Positions 54,971 through 64,000 of a DNA stretch of 64,000 nucleotides are shown piece after piece; positions within the stretch are counted from its first letter, which is position 1, and each line of letters begins with the position of its first letter. Made by a program: the position numbers and the translations under genes. The stretch lies in assembly GCA_951406725.2 (NCBI GenBank), contig OX597814.1, positions 175,460,001 through 175,524,000 on the forward strand, given 5' to 3'. This DNA comes from Octopus vulgaris. Lineage: Eukaryota. The notes below the pieces were generated by a model, which was given only the letters and a program-made list of their open reading frames with translations, had not been told where the DNA came from and searched no databases.

Positions 54971-56184
54971 CACACTGTAAAGAAAACAAATGTTTAATCA
55001 GCCTCCTTCAATTCTTTGAAATGACTGAGACTATCAGTTTGAAATAGAAATAATTGTTAAGCGGACGATGCCAATCTTTTGAATGGGAAAATTCTTTATA
55101 AACTTGTTGCTTAAATTTCATTATCTTCGCGTGCATGCGTGTATTTGTGTGTGTGTGTATGTGTATCTTTGTGTGTGTGTGTGGGCGTGAGTCATGATTA
55201 AACCATTCTACTTGCTTCCAAACTCTTTCACTAAAACTGTATAATTTAAAAATATTTTACCCGAAAGAAGCGGCGGTTATATGCGGTAATATTGAAAACT
55301 AAAATAACGGGTTTATTGATAAATCGTTCTATGAATTTACTTTGTTCGTATTAGAAAGCATATAAGTACTGTTTGATTAGAACAGTTGATCATTAGACTA
55401 CAATTCCTTGTGCTGTTATTTTACGTTCTGAGATAAAATTTCACGGTCGTGATGATGGTGGTAGTAGTTGCTGGTTCAGCTTTCAGCTTCCAGGCGTCGA
55501 TAAGATGATATACCAGTTAAATACTGGTGTCATTTCAATCGATTATTCCAGCCGGCCAAATTTATAGCTTTGCGCAAATGTTAAAAAAAAATCGATATCA
55601 GAAAGCATATATGAGTATCAATATATTTAATATACAAAACAACGTTAAGAAGCTCAAGTGAAGTAAAATGCGTCGTGACAAACAAAAAGAAAAATTCTTT
55701 TTCATGATTCCATTGATGACTGTTAAAAGTAAAAAAGAAAATAAAGGCAAAAACCCCTAGCATAAATATGTCCCGAGTTGTCATCCGTACTTGTTGGATG
55801 TTGGAAAAATGAAAAATGAATGTCATCGACTACTGCTTTTTTTTTCCCATCGCATATGTTATTTTTGTGTAGCTTTTTAATGCAGAATGTATTATATATA
55901 TGCTGACATTCACTCAGCAACTGTTTGTATTAGACGGATAATGCCTTAAAAATATTCAGCTCTAAATAATAGGACGTGCTAGGTTTTTGCATTTTAAAAC
56001 AGAGAATGCTGTTTTGCTGCATTGTCGGTCATCTTTAGCGTAACAGAAAGAGGAAAACCAGATCTGACAATTGTTTTTGTGAGTAACAGTTACCAAACAG
56101 CTTTCGGATTTGTTTACAAGAGCCAGTCAATTCTGTATCGCATAACAACTTTTTATAAAATTCTCTCGCAGTTCTGCTTAATAT

Positions 56185-57142
56185 ATTCTTTCTAAATTTG
56201 GCACCAGGGAGGCAGATTGTCAATTACATCGATCCCAGTATTTAAATGGTACTTTATTTCATCGATGAAAGGCAAAGTTGGCCTCGGTGGGATTTGTGTT
56301 CAGAACGTAGAGTCAGTAGTAATGAAGTTAAGCATTTTGTCCAATACATTAACGATTCAGCTGGTTCACTACCTTAGTTCCACTTATAATATTGATTTCA
56401 AATTTTGGCACAAGGTCAGCAATATTGTGGGTGGGTGTAAGTCGATTATATCAACCCCAGTCCTCAATTGGTACTTATTTGATAGAAGGATGAAAGGCAA
56501 AATCGACCTCGGTGGAATTTGAAATCAGAACATATTTTTTTCTACTTTAGGCACAAGGCCCGAAATTTTTGAGGAGGAGGCCAGTCTATTAGATCGATCC
56601 CCAGTACGCAACTGGTACTTAATTTATTGACCCCGAAACCATAAAGGCAAAGTCGACCTCGGCGAAATTTGAACTCAGAACGTTAAGACAGACGAAATAC
56701 TGCTAAGCATATCGCCCGGCGTGCTAACGTTTCTTATTTCTTTATTGCCCACAAGGGGCTAAACATAGAGGAGACAAACAAGGACAGACAAAAGGGTTAA
56801 GTCGATTACATCGACCCCAGTGCATAATTGGTACTTATTTAATCGACCCCGAAAGGATGAAAGGCAAAGTCGACCTCGGCAGAATTTGAACTCAGAACGT
56901 AGCGGCAGACAAAATACCTATTTCTTTACTACCTACAAGGGCCTAAACACACAGGGGACAAACAAAGACAGACAAACGGATTAAGTCGATTACATCGACC
57001 CCAGGACGTAACTGGTATCGACCCCGAAAGGATGAAAGGCAAAGTCGACCTCGGTGGAATTTGAACTCAGAACGTAACGGCAGACGAAATACGGCCACGC
57101 ATTTCGCCCGGCGTGCTAACGTTTCTGCCAGCTCGCCGCCTT
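56185..57142 (-). mobile_element. Head-to-tail array of five SINE family A copies of different ages
   Basis: The core gaaaggcaaagtcgacctcgg recurs near 56270, 56495, 56645, 56860 and 57035. Young tails start at 56735 and 56919. Confidence 0.9.
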
Positions 57143-60058
57143 AATACACTATATCATTACTTACATTATTGTATTGTTTTCACATTTTTTGTCATTAAGC
57201 AGTTGATTTTAAGTGTAAGCAGATATAATATGATGGAAAACATCTCTTGTCACTCTTGCGTCAACGAAATCATTTAACTGGTTTGAAATATTGGCGAGCT
57301 ATCACTCGAATGGCATCCCTCAATCTTAGAAAAGTTTGCTTGATTAGAGCTAAACTAGAGGCTTATCAACATTACTCTTTATAATACTCCTGAAGTTAGA
57401 TTTTGCTGAACTCTAACTACATATAGTAGAAGCCAAAGCCAAGCTGGAAACTCTCTTATCTCAGCAAAATGTTATAAAAGAATTAAGAAAGGAAATGGAA
57501 ATTGTTATTACTTCTCAGTTGGTTGTCAGGAGTAATTAGCAATCGTTTCATTTAACTATTTTTTAAAAAGTGGAGGATTACACAATTACAGAATTTAAAA
57601 AGTGTAATTTTAATTATAATTATACTCTTATTATATTATTACTCATACAATTATTTACTTTACAACAAAATGGGTTTAATTTCACTTTTGTTTTCCTTGT
57701 GTAAAACACACCTGTCGTGAGGTCGTTTCTGTTGTGGTTGTTCATTGATGCTTGTGGAGAATGAAAATGTCTTTCTAGGGCTGCGCGTAAAATGATAACA
57801 TGAACAATTAGCAAAAGTTTTATTTATTGCACATGTTTTCTGTGATGGTCTCATGAAGGAGAATAAAAGCAACAATTTGTAGACACCAAGAGAGACATAA
57901 TACTGGGGTCTACGACAAAATAACTGGTACGTATCAATCTGTGACTAGCCCATCACAACTGGGAAATCATCATGCTAAATTCATGACAAAAAAAGTCTGC
58001 ACAGCTGTAGAATAGAAAACGAGAAAGATGTCACAGCAACCGTCTCAACATTCTGAAGTTACCGCCAAAATCCACCTTTTCTAAGACTTATTAGAAGGTT
58101 ACAGAAAGTCGAATCACGGGATGGCTTGACGATGATTGTTCGTTTAATCAGCCGATCACATGAAACGATAGTGATTTCAATGTTGCATCCACATGGCTGT
58201 CCAGCGATTCGGTTTCGAAATTGCTGCGCACCTTTTACAATCTGCGTTTTCTGTTTCTGTTGTGGCCTCGGAAGGAATGGCTCTTCTAATTTATTAAAGG
58301 TTCGTGATTGACACAAGACTCCCAGAATTGAATGGAAATGCTATAATCTATTGAACCAACTCCAGTGCATTTCTAACACTTCTTTTACTGACTTAAACAC
58401 ATACAATAAGTCATTCAGACAAGATCTCAACTGTTTCTTCAACTTCCTCGCCATTTTTCTTTCCTAAATAGCTAGGCATCTACTCTGCTTCAATGCTGCT
58501 TCCTAGGCTTTCTAGTTAAACTATTGACGGAAATCGAATCTTGCATATCTTGTTTGCTCAAGCAAATATAGTAACCATTATATTGCATGAGAATCGCACT
58601 ATGGTTACTATATGTTCCTGCTTTTTTCCCCACACAATCAGGAGCGTTTACAGAAGAAATTTATTGTCTAAATTAAATAGTGATTCTCTCTTTCTCTTTT
58701 TCTCACACACTCACTCACTCACTCACTCACTCAAGGATTCAGAGAGTTTTCCTATCTTCGCTTTACTGAAATATTAAACGAGCAAGAAGTAAATCACTTT
58801 CTGATTCATGAGAAGTAAATGTCTCTCAGGTGTCTTTTGTTAAAAAGAAGAATTGAATTTGGCATCCCAAGCTAATTAAATACTGGCCAATTATACAACA
58901 GCAAACCACACTACCTAACAATAACATTTAAAAAAAAGAAGTTAGTCACACGAAGAGGCGGGACAATGCCCATGGATTCGTGCTGATTCTTCTATATTTG
59001 CGAACTTGATAAGGAGAATGTATATAGGAAAAATGTGGTCGGAGAGGTAAAGCAAAGTCTGGTCCAATGTCTGGTGGATAAGCCATTAAGAGTTTAGCAA
59101 ATCTGTTATGAAAACAATACAGTGCTGAGTAATAAAATACGAACTGCACGTCGTTCGGTTGAATGTCCGGTGCCATATCCTTTCGAATATCGGGCGAGCA
59201 AATAGTTAGACGGCCGATAAAAGACAAAAAAATAATCGAGTGTGATCTCATTCAGGAAATAGCAATTCTTATTTTGTAATATCTTCCAGTTAAATAATAC
59301 ACGTCCAACTATTTTGCCCTTGGTTAACAAAGATCTAAGGAAACACATATGAAACTTATTAATTATAGTTACCTCAATGATAGTATATTTTTAAGAATTC
59401 ATATCCTGGAAATTGTGTATGAATATATATGAACGCTATTGTTTATCTACTGGGAATTCTCTTCAGAAATTAATACTGATGTATGGAAAAATAAAGATTT
59501 GGCTTAGCTTGCGTTATGAGGGGAATTCAAACATCTGATGGAAATGGTAAGTCATTGATCAGAAGAAACATTTTCATAAGGAATGAATGCATAAGTAGTA
59601 TAGCCTAACACTAGTGAAGTTTTGTATCTGAGAAAGAAGTAATAGAATATAAAGAAATTATTTTTAATGCGAGAGAGTGTTCTCCAGAAAGAAGGCTGTC
59701 ACTCCGAACCAAATACGATTAAACTAAAAAATTCCGTTATTATCGTATTGGTCCCAATTTCAGAGTTAATTCATAAGAATTTTCTCCTCGTCAGCGATAA
59801 ATACGGTAAGAATAAATGAAATACTTACTTATACACATGGAAGACAACTTAATTTTAGAAATTTCTGTCGGCTTACATCGAGACGCGTGCTTATAGTGAT
59901 AAATTATATGGTTATTGACGATTTGTCTATTTTCGGCATATTTGGCATTAGAAATTTTTTTCTTTTGCCCTTGTTTATAAATTAAACCTTTAAAGGTATT
60001 TTTTAATATGCTGGCCATTGATAGAAATTTTTTCGAAAAATTTTTATCCTATATTAGA

Positions 60059-60461
60059 TGTAAGTTTAACAGTGTTCACTTCCGGATTCCCACTCTATGA
60101 GAGTTTTCTAGAATGTTCGAGACCTTTCTGGAAGCTCCCGGTTTACGTGGAAGTCGGGGACATCCGGTTCATCTCTTATATAAAGGACAAAAATTCTAAA
60201 TTCGCGCCACTCCGTGTCTGTCTGTGTCTGTCTAGGACGGCATTGAGTCAAAGCGCCGCACTTACACTCGTTCGCGCACACATTCGCCTTTCTTACTCGG
60301 AGACATGTGACTGCAAACAGAACACTTCCTGTAATGTTATAAGCTTTCCTTCAATTATCTTTGTATGTTAACTAATTACCTCCAGTAATAAAAGTTATGA
60401 CTTATTACAAACGTTTCGCGAATTTCTATTTTCTTATTGTTAAGAACAAGATGGTGACCCC
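60059..60461 (+). mobile_element. LTR (TG...CA, 60059-60448) followed by a primer-binding-site remnant
   Basis: Starts tgtaag, has TATATAAA at 60177-60184 and AATAAA at 60387-60392, and ends aagaaca. TGGTGACCCC follows at 60452-60461, complementary to the tRNA-Trp 3' end. No clear TSD. Confidence 0.65.
60105..60134 (+). promoter_or_regulatory. Heat-shock element array in the LTR
   Basis: tTTCt aGAAt gTTCg aGACc tTTCt gGAAg: six alternating nGAAn/nTTCn pentamers, five of them perfect, about 42 bp upstream of the TATA box. Confidence 0.7.
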
Positions 60462-60539
60462 TCTTTCTCACATACTGGCTAAATTGTAGTGTGTCATTAA
60501 CTCTATGTATAACTATAAGACGGATAACCCCGACAGCAC

Positions 60540-60543
<4 letters not shown>

Positions 60544-60573
<30 letters not shown>

Positions 60574-60690
60574 TGTATGTATGTATGTATGTATGTATGT
60601 ATGTATGTATGTATGTATGTAGGTAGGTATGTATGCATGCATACATTCATACAGAACAGGCAGGCAGACGGACGGACGACCGACATACAA

Positions 60691-60733
<43 letters not shown>

Positions 60734-60890
60734 TGGATGGATGGATGATGGAAAGATAGATAGATGTGTGTATGTATGCATGTAGATATGTATGTATGTA
60801 TGCATGCATGTATGTATGTATGCATGTGTGTATGTATGTATGTATGTGTGTATGTATGTATGTATGTATGTAAGTATGTATGTATATATG
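60544..60890. repeat. Compound (TATG)n/(GATA)n microsatellite
   Basis: Direct reading. Confidence 0.95.
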
Positions 60891-63800
60891 CATGCATTGC
60901 TTATTCTGATTCTACATGACAACATCAGATTTTCTAGCTGTCAAAACTGATGATATTCAGCATGGCCTTCATGGTAACAAGTTCAGCGATTCGAATACAA
61001 TGCCTTAATGTTTATGGCCTCGAATCAACTTTTAGTAGGTGCCAATATTATTTTACGTTTTAGCTTAACTGCGGAATTAAAAGCATAGGAAAAACAAAAA
61101 AAAAACAAAAACAAAGAAAAAACGTTTGTCATAGATCGAAAATACTTTATATCACACGGGTACCATAGATGCATATTTTATTAAAAACTGAAGCTTCTAT
61201 CGCTGTCGTGTTTGCGTTGAAGCTTATGCAATTATTAATATTACATACACGTTTCTTTGGTAGCAAAACTGCACAGACATTAAACATACCCATTTCTGAA
61301 ACGGTTTGGAAGAGCACATTAGAAAATATACTCCTAAATACACTGGCTGAATAGAATCAGAAATAGTGAACAAATATCTCTGCAATTACTCACTGTCTGT
61401 AATAGAATGAACTACGTTTTGGATTACGAGATTAACTGAAATTAAGATTATATATGTATGCTTGTATCAGTGTTGGGATTAAAAATATAAAAGGAACTGG
61501 TTCTTTCTTTCACTTCCTAAATTGTTGTCTATGAAATCAGGAATCACTCCTACGTCTTATTTTACAAAACTTATTTTTGTGGATGAAATAGCAAGATATA
61601 AAATACAAACAAAGAAAAACATGCAAACATACAAGTAACGAAGGTTTTTATATAATATACTTTTATTAATCACGCTTCAAATATTTCCATATTGAAATTT
61701 GATTTTCTTTATATTTTTTGTTGGTTGTATGTTTTACTATATTTCGTCACTGTGTGATTCCACCCCACCCCCAATCACTTTTACGTTTCTATCTGAATCC
61801 ATACTATCCTTTATAACGGGAGGCTGATCAAATTGTTCACCATTAGATTTACCATATTTTTTTTTTTACTTCAAGGGGATTCCTTTTATCAGAATATATA
61901 AGATTCATAATCGAAAATCCTCTTTCTGTGTCTGTAGGACATACACCTATGTTATTAACGATATTTTTTTGTTTTTTTAACTGTTATTTTCAACATATTA
62001 CTGGAAATAATTGATTGACACAGTTCTTATGCTGTATTTGCTTATAGAATTCATGTAAATTTTCTTCCGCTTTTTTCCAGAAGACAGTATCAATATTCTA
62101 AGAATCTGGGCTCATATTAACCAATTCATGAACTCTGTTAGCTTCTTGGGCATAATTCCGTGAGTTTATAATATCACCATCCGTCAATCTTTAAAGAAAT
62201 GGCTTCATCTGTATTTCCTTTCATAGGTATTTCTTTTCTCTTTATGCATTTTGACAGAATGGATTGAACTCTTCATCAATTTTTCAGCATGTGGTTGTTT
62301 TAAATTTCTTTTGTGAAGAGCATATGACAGTGAAAAAAAATTTTCATGGGCATCTGTCATGATGCTTAATTCTTCCAGAAAATACTTGAGGTGAATACGG
62401 TTGGGCGTTCTTGTATATTAAAAAAAATATTCAAACAATGCTGGATAAACACGCTATATGCAACTGTTGATCTAAGGCTGCAAGGAGCTTACCCAGGGTT
62501 GAATATTCTACCAATCTTTAAGAGTTCTAATCCAAGTTATTCTGAACTTTTAATAAGTCCCATCCTATATATTTCATTAATAAATATCTTAAAGTGTTTT
62601 ATATCTTTGATGGAGTGATCCCAAATCACTTTTATGTTTTAGCACTCTCTCCTGAATTCTTGCCAAGCTGGCTGCATTAGAACAAAATCCCACCAGGTGA
62701 TTATTTAGGTAATTATAATCATGTCCTCCAAAATTTAGTCTTTGTAATTCAAAAACGTAATTTCTGCATCTTGTAATTTCAGATTAACCATATTAATAAA
62801 AAAAAAATAGCGGAATATCATTATCTTCAACGTTCCCACAAAGGATCATAACTAGTTGACTAGAAATAGTTGAAGCCTCATTGGTGTCAGCGTACTTTTA
62901 AGTGTTGTTGAATTATTTTCGTAAATACTTCGTTTTTAATTTCCTTCTCAAGGTGATCAATATTTTAACGGCTGTCTTGCGAGAATAAAGTCCTGCTCCC
63001 ATATCTAATCCATGTTTTTTGCTTGTAGTTCAGTATCATCTTCAGTATCCAGAATGACCTGTTTCATTTTGCTATATTGCAGACAGCATTAAGTGTTTTA
63101 CTCAAAGTGCTTGTATATATTTTTTATTTAATTTGCTGATGTATCTCAGGCAATATCGTTATGGCATAATATAAATAAATATAAAAAGAAGATAGCAGGA
63201 TAACGCCGTTAGTAGGAGAGGTTAGGAAGGTAAAGGAGGAGGATGAAATACTGTAACTGATTAAATCAAGAGAAGTTAAGTAGAGAGAAGTTAAAAGTTA
63301 TTTAAGAACAAGACAAGAGAAGATGAAAAAGTGAAAAAGTGAATAAATTGAAAAAATAAAATTGAAAAAGTGTGAAAAACTGAAACATTTTATTTTTCAT
63401 TTATACCCTCATACTTTTTTGTAACTGCAACTTTTTCGCGTTCTTTCAATTACATTACACATATACAATGAACTTTTAATGAAAAATAGACGTTCATTAT
63501 TTTTCTAAGAGATGCAAACTGGCCGACTTTATTTGTTTACGATACTTCATAATTTCAGATTTTCTATAAAGCGTCGATTCTTTTAATGCTCATGCACTCA
63601 AGTTTGGCGCAGTGATCACAGCCAACTTTCTTGTTGATAATTTTTTATAGTCTTAGGAGTTTCATGACATATTAACTTTGGATTTTTATGTTCAATCAAT
63701 TCATACTTCAAACGGTTATAATTTTCAGAAGTTGCTAACGATTTTTTTCATCCTGTTCTTGTTTCGAACAAATTTTTGGAATTTTTCTCAGAAAGTTCAT

Positions 63801-64000
63801 ATTTTTCTGTTACTTTATCGAAAGAGTCCAATCTGTAAGTAAACGTGAAAATATTCAATGCCACATATACCGTCATGATAAATTATAATTATCAATTATT
63901 GAACGAATCTTCTTTTCATGCTGAATTGACAGAAAAAAAATATATAGTTACATAGCTTCATGCAAAAGCCGTTGTTGCTTTTTTGATTAGATGTTTGTTG

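Noticed and set aside
58050-58320. Peptide ISMLHPHGCPA vaguely like transposon-derived proteins
   Set aside because: Too short and ambiguous to assign without a profile search.
62000-63100. Minus-strand decayed coding-like stretch with faint RNase H/integrase-like words (KYFLE...TD)
   Set aside because: The motifs are in different frames with wrong spacing. It needs tBLASTn or HMM evidence.

Overview
AT-rich, microsatellite-saturated eukaryotic DNA, intergenic or intronic. The SINE families resemble those known from octopus, so the source is probably a cephalopod (inference). I cannot support any intact host protein-coding gene: most listed ORFs are translations of microsatellites or repeats. 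The window holds three or four tRNA-derived SINE families, decayed transposase and RT fragments (DD37D/maT, hAT Buster-like, RTE, two RLE-type R4/Dong-like LINEs), a 1.46-kb long-TIR element with an 8-bp TSD, non-autonomous Helitrons, and an LTR with a heat-shock element array and a tRNA-Trp-type PBS remnant. The top finding is a non-coding element of 352-nt period at 46287-46779, inserted in (TA)n, that carries a complete type I hammerhead ribozyme on the minus strand (46451-46495). It looks like a non-LTR retrozyme. A diverged relative at 24431-24710 shows compensatory stem changes. Further minimal or variant hammerhead motifs, a degenerate HDV-like ribozyme and many fold-back palindromes are scattered through the window. 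All coordinates and pairings were read by eye.
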